A stretch of 64,000 nucleotides of DNA, taken from NCBI GenBank assembly GCA_965215195.1, contig CBDCDC010000002.1, positions 2,432,001 to 2,496,000 on the forward strand, given 5' to 3'. Made by a program: the position numbers and the translations under genes. The notes under the pieces were generated by a model. That model worked only from the letters and a program-made list of their open reading frames with translations, did no database searches and had not been told where the DNA came from. How positions within the stretch are numbered: the stretch's first letter is position 1; every line of letters begins with the position of its first letter. This DNA comes from Candidatus Latescibacterota bacterium (lineage in GTDB: Bacteria; Latescibacterota; UBA2968; UBA8231). Positions 9,166-18,278 of this stretch are shown one piece after another.

Positions 9166-10185
9166 TCAGAAGTCATTCCGCACTTTCTCCGGCATCCCCG
9201 ATCTGAGGGAGGCCCAACACGCAAGCCCTGTGGCAACGACCCGTGCTCCCTCGCGGACGCCGACCCAAGGCTTTGTCCCGTTCAGGACGCAATCTGCCAT
9301 GTGCCGCAGCATGACGATCATTTCGCTGGCGTGACCCCGCATAGATGAGAATTCTGCTGTGATCTTGCGCGAGGGCAGGTCGCCGGTTGGGTCGAGGCTT
9401 TTTACGCCGTTGTGAATGGTGCCACGGGTTCCGTAAACGGTCAGGCTGTTCATCGGAACGTCGTGTGGGTGGATGATGCCGAGGAAGTTCGCAATGCGTC
9501 CGATCTTGCCGGATGTGAACTTTGCGTTGATGACGAAGTTGTCCTCTTGGGGATAGTCCGGTGCGACGCCGCTGCGCAGCCCGTAACAGTGGACTTCGTC
9601 GATGTCGCCCATGAACCAGCGCAAAAGATCAATCGGGTGGCAGGCACCGCCGAGGATCAGGTCTTGGGGCATTTCGACCCGCCAAGAGGAGTAGTCATAG
9701 ACCGGGCGGAGATCGTGAACGTAGTGGGCCTCGGCCATGAAGAGTTCGCCGATCTCGCCGGCATCGCAGGCGCGCTTCGCCTCGATGAAGTCATACCGGC
9801 CGCGCAGACTTTGGGTGACGAGCAACACCTTGCCGGATCGGTCAACAGCTTCCACAACCTGCTCCACCTCTTCCATCGCGTACACCATCGACTTGGTGAC
9901 CATCACATGCTTACCTGCATCAAGTGCGGTCAAGATCTGCTGCGCGTGGAGCGGTCCGGGCGTGTAGATGCCAATGATGTCGAGGTCGCTGCGCGCGACC
10001 AGTTCGTCGAAATCAGAGGTGAGGACGTCAATTCCAAACTCGCGCCCGAGCGCTTCGAGCTTGTCCTGCTGCGCGTCGCACAGCGCGGTGACGCGGACCG
10101 GCAAGGCCCTGTTTTCTGGCTGGTTAGCGCCAAGCAGGGTTCGGCCGTGGCCGAGTCCGGCGACGCCTATGCTGAGTTGGCTCAT
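9166..10185 (-). CDS. Gfo/Idh/MocA family oxidoreductase
   Basis: GVAGLGHG Rossmann fold, GKHVMVTKS, GGACHPID; probable start MSQLSIG at 10185. Confidence 0.88.
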   Translation of the reverse strand: MSQLSIGVAGLGHGRTLLGANQPENRALPVRVTALCDAQQDKLEALGREFGIDVLTSDFDELVARSDLDIIGIYTPGPLHAQQILTALDAGKHVMVTKSMVYAMEEVEQVVEAVDRSGKVLLVTQSLRGRYDFIEAKRACDAGEIGELFMAEAHYVHDLRPVYDYSSWRVEMPQDLILGGACHPIDLLRWFMGDIDEVHCYGLRSGVAPDYPQEDNFVINAKFTSGKIGRIANFLGIIHPHDVPMNSLTVYGTRGTIHNGVKSLDPTGDLPSRKITAEFSSMRGHASEMIVMLRHMADCVLNGTKPWVGVREGARVVATGLACWASLRSGMPEKVRNDF

Positions 10186-10214
10186 TGTCGTTTTTCTCCC
10201 AGTTGAAGTTCTAA

Positions 10215-10382
10215 GAAGCGGTCTGAAAATTCCGCGAACCGTCCCTTGTGTGCAGCAAACAATCGAGGATCGAGGGCGTCTCGCCCTCGAAAAACGCGCC
10301 ATCCGAGGGCCGCTTGACCACTACTCAACGCGGTCCGCCAGCGGTTTGTCACGCCTAAAGGCGCGGTGAAGCAGACCGCTTC
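10215..10382. mobile_element. MITE family A, complete 168-bp copy
   Basis: Perfect TIR GAAGCGGTCTG...CAGACCGCTTC flanked by TAA direct repeats (10212-14, 10383-85); internal REP-like GAGGGCGTCTCGCCCTC. Confidence 0.8.
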
Positions 10383-10391
10383 TAACGCCTG

Positions 10392-11639
10392 TCAAAGGGG
10401 GCCGCGGCATCCAGTTTGTGTGGCCGTCCAACTGGCGATGAAGTCGGCCGTGCCATAGTCCGCGGGCATCTCGTTGAAGTAGTGCTTCATCGGGGTGGCC
10501 TGGAAGCCCGGCACAAAGTGTTCCTCATCCGCTTGCAGCAGGGCCTCGAGCCGACTGAAGCGATCCCAAAGCGCACGGGCCTCGTCCGGGGTGAATCGAT
10601 CGGCGAACTTCGGCCCCCAGTTGAGCGTGATGGGGTGCTTCCCCAAAACGCGACTTCGGAGGTCTGCGGCGATTCCACGAAGCGGGGGATCCTTTTGCAG
10701 TCGAATCGCAAGCGCTGCCTTGCAGAGAAAGACCGTTGACAGCATTCTGCCTTTCTCGGCCCGCTCTAAGTGGAGGCTGTCCAAGGCGCCTATATACGCG
10801 GGGCCATCTCCCGCGAGAACGGCCCGCAGAGCCGACTCCGTGTGCTGCTTCATTTGCTCGCTGCGGTCGTTCCAGCGCGCGAATGCCGCCTGTGCGTCTG
10901 CGGAGATGTGGTCGGCAAACGAGAGGTCGTCAATTGAAGTATAGGTCGAGAAGCCGCCGTGAACGGTTCGCCGCATTTTGGGGCTGTAGTTGCTGCCCCA
11001 GTGGAGGATCGGGAGAATGTAAACCACGCCGTCACCGGCTTTGAGATGGGTCTGCACACCATTGGGCAGCGGGCAGCGGGGATCGGCTAACATCCGTTCG
11101 TTCTCTGCGGGCGTATTCAGCCGCAGATGACTGCCCGGCACTACCCAAAGGACGCTGTCGTCGTAGAGCGGGATGTTCCACTGGACGTAGCGCGGGCCGC
11201 CTTCGAGAATGTCGTCGATATAGCCTTGCAGCGGTGCCGTGTCGATGGGGTGGAGATCGCGGTGCCATTTTGCCGGGCCGTGCGCTCTGACGGGATTGCA
11301 CATCATCATCATCTCTGTGACGGCCCCATCCGCTATATCGAGGAGTTCTGTGCTGACCCCGTGGATATTCTCTGCGAGCCATACCTCGACCGCGGGCGCG
11401 GTCTCTCGGTCAATTTGATTGACGAGCGGCGGCCTTGAGAGTTGGAGGCGGGGCTGCGGAGCGGTCTCCCAGACGCCTTCAGGTGGATCACTTTCTGTGC
11501 GCTCGGCCTTCCAATTCTCGCGCTGGCGGTTGACGAGCGTTTCGTATGCCTGCCGGACGCGTTCGAGTTTGTCGCGTGGCACGGCTTCCTCGACGATGAG
11601 GTAGCCGGTTTCGAGAAATTCGTCGCGGTTGAGTTTCAT
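10392..11639 (-). CDS. Phytanoyl-CoA dioxygenase (PhyH) family protein with C-terminal extension
   Basis: F.ETGYLIVE, WHRD, VVPGSH, LKAGD...HWG. Confidence 0.85.
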   Translation of the reverse strand: MKLNRDEFLETGYLIVEEAVPRDKLERVRQAYETLVNRQRENWKAERTESDPPEGVWETAPQPRLQLSRPPLVNQIDRETAPAVEVWLAENIHGVSTELLDIADGAVTEMMMMCNPVRAHGPAKWHRDLHPIDTAPLQGYIDDILEGGPRYVQWNIPLYDDSVLWVVPGSHLRLNTPAENERMLADPRCPLPNGVQTHLKAGDGVVYILPILHWGSNYSPKMRRTVHGGFSTYTSIDDLSFADHISADAQAAFARWNDRSEQMKQHTESALRAVLAGDGPAYIGALDSLHLERAEKGRMLSTVFLCKAALAIRLQKDPPLRGIAADLRSRVLGKHPITLNWGPKFADRFTPDEARALWDRFSRLEALLQADEEHFVPGFQATPMKHYFNEMPADYGTADFIASWTATQTGCRGPL

Positions 11640-11663
11640 GGCGGACTCCTCTTTTACTTTGCG

Positions 11664-11963
11664 TTAGACCGGGTGCATCTGGACTTCTCGATCCAGTCTG
11701 TCCGCTAAGGCTTCAAGTGTCGTTTCGAGTTCGTACCGCGTTTGAAGATTCATCCAGAATTGTGCTTCCATCCTAAAGAAACGACCTAGTCGCAAAGCCG
11801 TATCTGCCGTGATCCCTCGCTTGCCATGCACAATTTCATTGATGCGACGCGGTGGCACACCGATTGCCCGCGCCAAATGGTATTGACTGATTTGCATTGG
11901 CTTGAGAAAATCCTCGAATAGGATTTCACCTGGATGGATTGGTGGAAAGTCTCGTTTGGTCAT
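11664..11963 (-). CDS. higA: HigA antitoxin (XRE HTH)
   Basis: [38 protein letters not shown]; GAGGTG SD before 11963. Confidence 0.93.
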   Translation of the reverse strand: MTKRDFPPIHPGEILFEDFLKPMQISQYHLARAIGVPPRRINEIVHGKRGITADTALRLGRFFRMEAQFWMNLQTRYELETTLEALADRLDREVQMHPV

Positions 11964-11973
11964 GATTTTCACC

Positions 11974-12255
11974 TCAATGATAATCAACGATCTCGACATC
12001 AAAGGCATTATCGTTACGCCATACGAAGCACACACGCCACTGATCGTTCACGCGAATGCTATGCTGCCCCTGCCGGTCATGGCTCAGTGCTTCGAGCCGG
12101 TTGCCGGGCGGTACGCGTAGGGTTTCAAGAATCGTAGCAGCGTTGAGTTGCTCGAGTTTGCGTGCAGCTATTCGTTGAATAGTATGCGGCAATTTGCGGG
12201 AAAATTGGCCGCGAAAAACTTTTTCGGTCTCCTTGTCCTTAAACGATTTAATCAT
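11974..12255 (-). CDS. higB: HigB toxin (RelE/ParE superfamily)
   Basis: [11 protein letters not shown]...[28 protein letters not shown]...VEIVDYH. Confidence 0.93.
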   Translation of the reverse strand: MIKSFKDKETEKVFRGQFSRKLPHTIQRIAARKLEQLNAATILETLRVPPGNRLEALSHDRQGQHSIRVNDQWRVCFVWRNDNAFDVEIVDYH

Positions 12256-12261
12256 ATTTTG

Positions 12262-12293
12262 ATCATAACGACTCTCGTTAGCAACATCAAACG
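12262..12293 (-). promoter_or_regulatory. Sigma-70 promoter for higBA (likely leaderless) with overlapping inverted repeat
   Basis: TTGATG-17 bp-TATGAT-6 nt-ATG; CGTT...AACG inverted repeat at 12276-12293 over the -35. Confidence 0.55.
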
Positions 12294-12431
12294 TATTGAC
12301 GAGCTGATTCGAGTGCCGATTCAGCGTGAGAAAGCACTTTCCCAAGGGGTTCTGGTTTGCGTTGACAAAGAACTTCCAGCCACAACCACGCGATGTTGCC
12401 TTCGTCCAATAATCACACAGGAATCCAACCC

Positions 12432-13421
12432 ATGCCTAAACTAACCCCTTCTCAACTCGACCACTACCGCGAGCACGGCTTCGTCCTTGTCGAAGACCTC
12501 CTCAACCCCACCACCGACATCGATCCGGTCTTGGCCGAATACGACGCAGTCCTCGACGAGCTCGCCAACGAGCTTTTCGCCACAGGTCAGATCGCCTCCA
12601 CCTACGCCGATCTCGGCTTTGATGAGCGCCTCTGCCAGATCTACAATGAAACCGGCCAAGTTCACGCCCAGCACTTCGACATCTCCCTGCCCCAAGGCGG
12701 CATCGGCCCGGACTCGCCCATCGCGGTTGGCCCGGCCACCTTCGCGATGCTGCGCCACGAAAAGCTCCTCGACATCATCGAAGACCTCATCGGCCCGGAA
12801 ATCTACTCCAACCCGGTCCAGCACATCCGCATCAAACCGCCCGAGCAGCACCTGCCCGGCATCCCCAAAGATCACCACGGCCGCATCGCCGGCTTCGCGG
12901 TTGGGGCCACGCCTTGGCACCAAGACAACGGAGTAGTCCTGCCCGAGGCCGACGAGACCGACATGCTCACCGTGTGGGTGCCGCTGACCAATGCCTTCCG
13001 CGAGCACGGCTGTATCGAAGTCGTGGCCGGCAGCCACCGCGATGGCCTGTTGCACCACTGCTTGTTCAAGGGCGTCGGCCACTTTATCCAAGACCAAGAG
13101 CTAGCCCTCGACCGCGTCGTCACCGCCGAAATGAAGCGCGGCGATGTGCTCTTCATGCATCGGCGGACTTGCCATTCGTCGCTGCCCAACGTCAGCGAGC
13201 AGGTGCGGATCAGCTTCGACCTCCGCTACAACCCCACTGGCCAGCCCACCGGCCGGCCGCTCTTTCCCGGCTTTGTCGCCCGCAGCCGCAAAGATCCCCA
13301 CAGCGAACTGCGCGACCCAGCGGCTTGGGCGCAATTTTGGTACGACGCTCGCGAAAGACTGACTGACAAAAACTTGCCCTCCTTCAATCGCTGGCCGTTT
13401 GAAGACCCCACCTGCGCCTGA
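12432..13421 (+). CDS. PhyH family 2OG-Fe(II) dioxygenase
   Basis: YREHGFVLVE, TPWHQD, VAGSH, HSSLPN.S.QVRISFDLRY. Confidence 0.9.
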   Translation: MPKLTPSQLDHYREHGFVLVEDLLNPTTDIDPVLAEYDAVLDELANELFATGQIASTYADLGFDERLCQIYNETGQVHAQHFDISLPQGGIGPDSPIAVGPATFAMLRHEKLLDIIEDLIGPEIYSNPVQHIRIKPPEQHLPGIPKDHHGRIAGFAVGATPWHQDNGVVLPEADETDMLTVWVPLTNAFREHGCIEVVAGSHRDGLLHHCLFKGVGHFIQDQELALDRVVTAEMKRGDVLFMHRRTCHSSLPNVSEQVRISFDLRYNPTGQPTGRPLFPGFVARSRKDPHSELRDPAAWAQFWYDARERLTDKNLPSFNRWPFEDPTCA

Positions 13422-13426
13422 ACGCT

Positions 13427-14281
13427 ATGGTCGAATTGGAATTGAGCGCGGCCGAACGCGACGTACGCAAGCTAAAACCGGAGCACTTGCAACAGGCTGT
13501 CGCCGCCTTGCACGACGATGGCTTCGTCGTCCTCCACCACGCCATTGATCCCGCGCATATCAAAGTGTTGCGCGAGCGCATGCTCGCCGACGTCGAAGCG
13601 ATCCTCGCCCTCGCCGACGTCCCCTATCAGTTCAACGACGGGCATCTGCAACAGGACCCGCCGCCCTTTCCGCCTTACCTCTTCCGCGACGTGCTAGTCA
13701 ACGACCTCGTCGTCGAAATAACTCAGGCCGTGCTCGGCGAGGGCGTCAAAAACGCCTTCTACAGCGGCAACACCTGCCTGCCCAACACCACCCAGCAACC
13801 CCTCCACGTGGACGCGGGTCAGCTCTGGCCCAATCTCGAGGTGGCGACGCCGGCCTACGGCATGGTCGTCAATGTGCCCGTCGTCGATGCTACGCCCGCA
13901 AACGGCAGCACCGAACTGTGGCCCGGCACCCACCTAGACACCACCCGCGCCCTCAGCGACGGCGACATCAAGCTGCCGCCCGCAACCGAAGAACGCCTCC
14001 GCGCCGAGTGCAAGCCCCTACAGCCGAGCGTGCCCGCCGGCAGCGTGCTGATCCGCGACATGCGCCTCTGGCATCGCGGCATGCCCAACCTCACCGACCA
14101 GCCTCGCCCGATGATTGCCATGATCCACTGGGTGCGCTGGTGGCACACAGAGAAGCCGCTGTTGTTTCCCAAGGGGACGGAAGAATTGTTTGCAGATAGT
14201 GCGTTGGAGACGGTAGCGGAGTTTGTCGATGGGCCGATCGACTATATCAGCCGCAATCGGAAATACGATTACTCCGAGTAG
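13427..14281 (+). CDS. PhyH family dioxygenase (KanJ-like)
   Basis: QPLHVD, NGSTELWPGTH, RDMRLWHRGMPN. Confidence 0.88.
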   Translation: MVELELSAAERDVRKLKPEHLQQAVAALHDDGFVVLHHAIDPAHIKVLRERMLADVEAILALADVPYQFNDGHLQQDPPPFPPYLFRDVLVNDLVVEITQAVLGEGVKNAFYSGNTCLPNTTQQPLHVDAGQLWPNLEVATPAYGMVVNVPVVDATPANGSTELWPGTHLDTTRALSDGDIKLPPATEERLRAECKPLQPSVPAGSVLIRDMRLWHRGMPNLTDQPRPMIAMIHWVRWWHTEKPLLFPKGTEELFADSALETVAEFVDGPIDYISRNRKYDYSE

Positions 14282-14317
14282 GCCCAGCAGTCCGGCCCCT
14301 GCATGGGGCCGCAACGC

Positions 14318-15631
14318 TTACGGCACTAGCCGCCGACACTCCAAGTAGTAGCGCTTCTCTGCGGCCTCGCCCAGCGAGAATGTCTTGCGCGGCGCGGCCC
14401 CGTCAATGGCGATTGTTTTGAACAAGTCGCGCTTGTTCATGGCCGGCAGCAAGAAGCCGATGCGGTCCGGCATTGAGGCCAGCTTCTCTAACACGGCCTC
14501 GCCGTGAATGTAGTCGAGGCGGGCGCGGGGATGCGCTTCGAGATAGCAGTCCAAAAAAGCCTGTAAGGACGCTACTTCGAGCTGGAAGTTGGGTCTGGCA
14601 ATGCTCAACAGGCCGCGCTCTGTCCCGCTTACGTAGGGAATGTGATGCCCCGGGCCGACGGCCGCTTCGCGCCAAGCCGCCTCCCACCCGTCCCGATCAG
14701 TGAAGGTCCGACGGCTAAATCCCCACTCTGTGCAGTGCGTCTTCATTGCCCGCAAGAGATCGGTCGCATCTACTCCAAAAACCACCCGATGGATGGACGC
14801 AAACTCCAAGCCCTCGTCGTGGACGTTGACTAGTTCGGCCAAGGCGTAGCGCACCGGGTGATTCATTATCTGGCACTCGTCCTCGGCCTCCGCCTTGAGC
14901 CGCTCCCAGACGGCCCGCGCCGTCGCGAAGGAGTGGTTGCCGTCGCCCAGCGCGTAGATCAGCGGCGGCTCGCCGTGCGCGAGGCGGGCGAGGGCTTGGG
15001 CGATTTCGGCGATCAGCGTCCCGTCGTCAATGTGCCAGCCCCGGAGCCGACCACCGCCCAGCATCAGCTCGACATCGTAGGCTTGCTGCAGGTCTTCTTC
15101 GCCAAGCGGCTCAATCACCGTCTGCTGCGGATCGTCGATCAGCACCATGATGTGCGGCGTTTCCAGCGACGCCTTCTCCCGCACCTGAATTCTCGGCGGC
15201 AACCGACTCTGATCGGTGCCTTCGGTCGTGCGGATCAGCTTTTGCGCACCGTCTCGGTAGTCGTACTGCTCCAAGTCCAAGGCGACGACCAGTCCCCAGC
15301 GCGACCCAGCGCGGCCCACCTCGCGCTCCACCAGCATAAAACCGGGCCGCTGCTCCACCAGTACGCCGCTTTTTAGATACTCCTGCATCCGCTGGTTAAT
15401 GCCGGCGATGGCCTGCTTGCGGCAAGCCGCCTCGAGGTATGCTTCGGGGAAAATCAGATGCAGCGTCGAAGGAGCGGCCCCGACGATCCGCTGCACCTCC
15501 TCCCAGTATTCGGGCTGGGAGGTGTACTGGTCGCAGGCAATGACCGACCAAATTTCGAGGGGAATGTCTGCTCTCGGCAGAAGCAAGGTCGGCACGTGTA
15601 GGGCGACCTTGGGATAGTATCGCTGCGTCAT
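14318..15631 (-). CDS. DUF1015 family protein
   Basis: WSVIACDQYTSQPEYW, GDGNHS, DYIHG, PRKTFSLG..KRYYLECR. Confidence 0.85.
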   Translation of the reverse strand: MTQRYYPKVALHVPTLLLPRADIPLEIWSVIACDQYTSQPEYWEEVQRIVGAAPSTLHLIFPEAYLEAACRKQAIAGINQRMQEYLKSGVLVEQRPGFMLVEREVGRAGSRWGLVVALDLEQYDYRDGAQKLIRTTEGTDQSRLPPRIQVREKASLETPHIMVLIDDPQQTVIEPLGEEDLQQAYDVELMLGGGRLRGWHIDDGTLIAEIAQALARLAHGEPPLIYALGDGNHSFATARAVWERLKAEAEDECQIMNHPVRYALAELVNVHDEGLEFASIHRVVFGVDATDLLRAMKTHCTEWGFSRRTFTDRDGWEAAWREAAVGPGHHIPYVSGTERGLLSIARPNFQLEVASLQAFLDCYLEAHPRARLDYIHGEAVLEKLASMPDRIGFLLPAMNKRDLFKTIAIDGAAPRKTFSLGEAAEKRYYLECRRLVP

Positions 15632-15634
15632 CGG

Positions 15635-16462
15635 CTAACCGAGCAACGGTCTGACCCAGGCCGGAAAAATCGGGAATATCGCCTCTGGAGCCTCTAGTTC
15701 GGGATGCCAGCGCTTCTCGTGCTCAAACATGATCCAGCCGTCGTACCCGTGCCCCTTGAGCAGGGCTATGGCCTCGGCTAAGGGCAACTGGCCCGCGCCC
15801 GGCCGCACGTAGCGCCAACCATCCCTCATGGCCGCGGCGTGTTCGGGATCGTAGACGGCGTCTTTGACGTGGGTATAACCTATGCGCGGCCCCACTGCCT
15901 GATAGGTCTGCTCCGGCGACTCCTCGCCCACCCGCGCCGTGTGGCCCATGTCCCACAGTACGCCGAAAGCCTCGTTGGAAATGCGGTCGAGCAGCAGCTT
16001 GCACTCCACCGCCTTGATCCACTCGTCGTGGGTCTCAAAAAGCCACTTGAGCTGGCCGGCTCCATCCAATTCGAGGATCTGTTCCATCGTCTCCCGCCCG
16101 ATGTCGGCTAGCTGCTCCTTGGAATAGGTCTTGGAGTCGCCGCCGCCAAAAACTCGGATCGCGCCGCAGCCCAACTCATTAGCCACTGGGATTGAGCGCC
16201 GCGCTTCCTCCACGTTCTCCGTTAGCTTCTCCGGCACGCAGACCCGGATGCTGGAGCTGATTCCCGACACCTCCATGCCGGCGTCTGCTAGCTGGCGTTG
16301 GGTCTGGGCGACCCCGCTGGTGAAGGCCGGCAATTGGGTAATGTCCATCGTCTCCTGCAACCCGCGGAAATCGACGCCGTCGTACCCGTATTCGCTCCCC
16401 CGGCGGCAAATGGTATCCAAGTCCCAATCTGGACAGCCCAACGTCGTAAAGCTGATTTTCAT
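15635..16462 (-). CDS. Sugar phosphate isomerase/epimerase (xylose-isomerase-like TIM barrel)
   Basis: FTTLGCPDW, ETHD, WDMGH, HVKD, FEHEKRWHP. Confidence 0.88.
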   Translation of the reverse strand: MKISFTTLGCPDWDLDTICRRGSEYGYDGVDFRGLQETMDITQLPAFTSGVAQTQRQLADAGMEVSGISSSIRVCVPEKLTENVEEARRSIPVANELGCGAIRVFGGGDSKTYSKEQLADIGRETMEQILELDGAGQLKWLFETHDEWIKAVECKLLLDRISNEAFGVLWDMGHTARVGEESPEQTYQAVGPRIGYTHVKDAVYDPEHAAAMRDGWRYVRPGAGQLPLAEAIALLKGHGYDGWIMFEHEKRWHPELEAPEAIFPIFPAWVRPLLG

Positions 16463-17184
16463 GGTCTTTCTCCGTATCCGTTTTCGTTCATGGCATCTCT
16501 AAAAAAGTCAAACACGTGCTGGTCCCGGTCCGTTTTCCACCGCCCAATCGACTCCGGCCGCACCACGATCCGGCCCAACTCAATCCCCAAAAACGCCTCC
16601 AATTCCCCCAACACCTCCTCCTGCTTGAGCACGAAATCCTCAAACCGCACCAACATCCACTTCTTTGGCTTGGGCGTGGCCTTCATCAGCTCGTACTGGT
16701 ATTTCCACGAAATGGCCCGCCGCCGCCGGATGTCGTCCGTGCGCTCGTACTCGATGCCGAAATCCGCTAGGTCATCGGTCTTGTGGCCGCCGATGATGCT
16801 GTCGCGCGGATCGCGAATCCAGTGAATGTAGTGGATGTCGGGAAACATCCGCACAATCCACGGATAAATCAGCGTCGTCTCGGGCAGCTTCCAGCCCTTG
16901 TGCTCCGAGCGGTCCGCCGCAATGTCTTGCAGATATTCGCCGATCAAGTCCTCGAATTCCGGGTCGATTTTTGCGCTGTGCAGGGCGTCGAAATCCCACT
17001 CCAAGCCCCCCTTCCACTTGACGTATTTGGCCATGACCCGACAGGCCGCGTAGAGCGCGTGGGGCGGCACCTTGTCGCCCGAGCGATTGATCGCGTGGCC
17101 CATAAAAACACCGCTGGCATAGAGGGTGTGGGCTATGGCGCGCGTACCCGAGTGGCCGCGGCCAATGACCGTGATTATAGCCAT
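16459..17184 (-). CDS. Sulfotransferase family protein
   Basis: 5'-PSB-like GRGHSGT, GWKLP, 3'-PB IRDPRDSIIG, VRFEDFV. Confidence 0.85.
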   Translation of the reverse strand: MAIITVIGRGHSGTRAIAHTLYASGVFMGHAINRSGDKVPPHALYAACRVMAKYVKWKGGLEWDFDALHSAKIDPEFEDLIGEYLQDIAADRSEHKGWKLPETTLIYPWIVRMFPDIHYIHWIRDPRDSIIGGHKTDDLADFGIEYERTDDIRRRRAISWKYQYELMKATPKPKKWMLVRFEDFVLKQEEVLGELEAFLGIELGRIVVRPESIGRWKTDRDQHVFDFFRDAMNENGYGERP

Positions 17185-17460
17185 ACAGGTTCCTCAGATT
17201 AGGGCATAAGAAAACCGCCTGTACCCTAAAATCGCGTGCGGTGGTTGTATTGGCTGGATAGTATCGCTAAGGACATAAAAAGAAAGGAAACAGACTATGC
17301 CCGGACAAAAAAAGACCTAGTAAGCCAAGGAACAAAAAAGTGGAGATAACAGCCTTGCTCGCTACCTCCACTTTTCGCGTTTAATAGTGCCTATGTCCAC
17401 GACCGTTGATGCTTTTGTGGATTCACCGCGACGTTAGGCGCGACCACGACGCTGTTTCTC

Positions 17461-18275
17461 CGCGGGCACCGGATAGCCGCCGCTGTCGCGTTACTTGAGC
17501 ACCGCGACAGCTACCCCCATAGCCGTGACGAGGATGCTGGTACAGGCGATGAGCATGGCCATCAGCCGCGCATAGCGCGAATCAAGTTGTTTGGCTAAGT
17601 CGTGGATGCGCTCATTGGTCTGGTCAATCCGCCCGTTAGTCTCATCAATCCGCCCGTTAGTCTCGTCGATGCGCTCATTAGTCTGGTCGAAGCGCTCGTT
17701 CATCTCAGAGCGCAAGTCGTGGATGCGCTCATTGGTCTGGTCAATCCGCCCGTTAGTCTCGTCAATCCGCCCGTTAGTCTCGTCAATCCGCCCGTTAGTC
17801 TCGTCGAAGCGCTCGTTCATCTCAGAGCGCAAGTCATGGATGCGCTCATTGGTCTGGTCAATCCGCCCGTTAGTCTCGTCAATCCGCCCGTTAGTCTGAT
17901 CGAAGCGCCCGTTAGTCTGGTCGAAGCGCTCATTGGTCTCGTGGATGCGCTCATTGGTCTGATCAATCCGCCCGTGTATTTGGCGCACATCTTGGCGGAG
18001 GTCCTGAATATCCTCGCGCAGGAAGCTGAGAGCGAGTGTGGATTCCGTTGGCTGGACGGGCTGGGGCTGATGCTCGGTCATGAGAAGGTCCTCCTTGGGT
18101 AAAGGTAAGTACTCGCCCCCTTCAAGCAAAAAGCAGGCCATGCTTGGCCAACCGCCCGTTCTCTCTGATGGCGATGGATGCGGTGTGTCTTAGCGACAAC
18201 AACGCTGTTTCTCAGAGGCAACGCGTCCCTTCGCTTGACCCGCGCGGGCACCGGATAGCCGCCGCTGTTGCGTTA
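17461..18275. repeat. 33-bp direct repeats (17461-17493, 18243-18275) bracketing the coiled-coil gene
   Basis: cgcgggcaccggatagccgccgctgtYgcgtta, 32/33 identical; acgctgtttctc also duplicated nearby. Confidence 0.85.
17491..18081 (-). CDS. Heptad-repeat coiled-coil protein with C-terminal TM anchor (CCDC90/DUF1640-like)
   Basis: (RIDETNG/RIDQTNE) heptads from a 21-bp repeat plus 117-bp higher-order duplication; hydrophobic C-terminus; AAGGAGG SD before 18081. Confidence 0.8.
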   Translation of the reverse strand: MTEHQPQPVQPTESTLALSFLREDIQDLRQDVRQIHGRIDQTNERIHETNERFDQTNGRFDQTNGRIDETNGRIDQTNERIHDLRSEMNERFDETNGRIDETNGRIDETNGRIDQTNERIHDLRSEMNERFDQTNERIDETNGRIDETNGRIDQTNERIHDLAKQLDSRYARLMAMLIACTSILVTAMGVAVAVLK

Positions 18276-18278
18276 ATA

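Noticed and set aside
17200-17400. AT-rich intergenic stretch with hairpin aaaagtggag..ctccactttt and SD-led MPGQKKT*
   Set aside because: Could be a mobile-element scar or ncRNA, but there is no second copy or recognisable family in the window.
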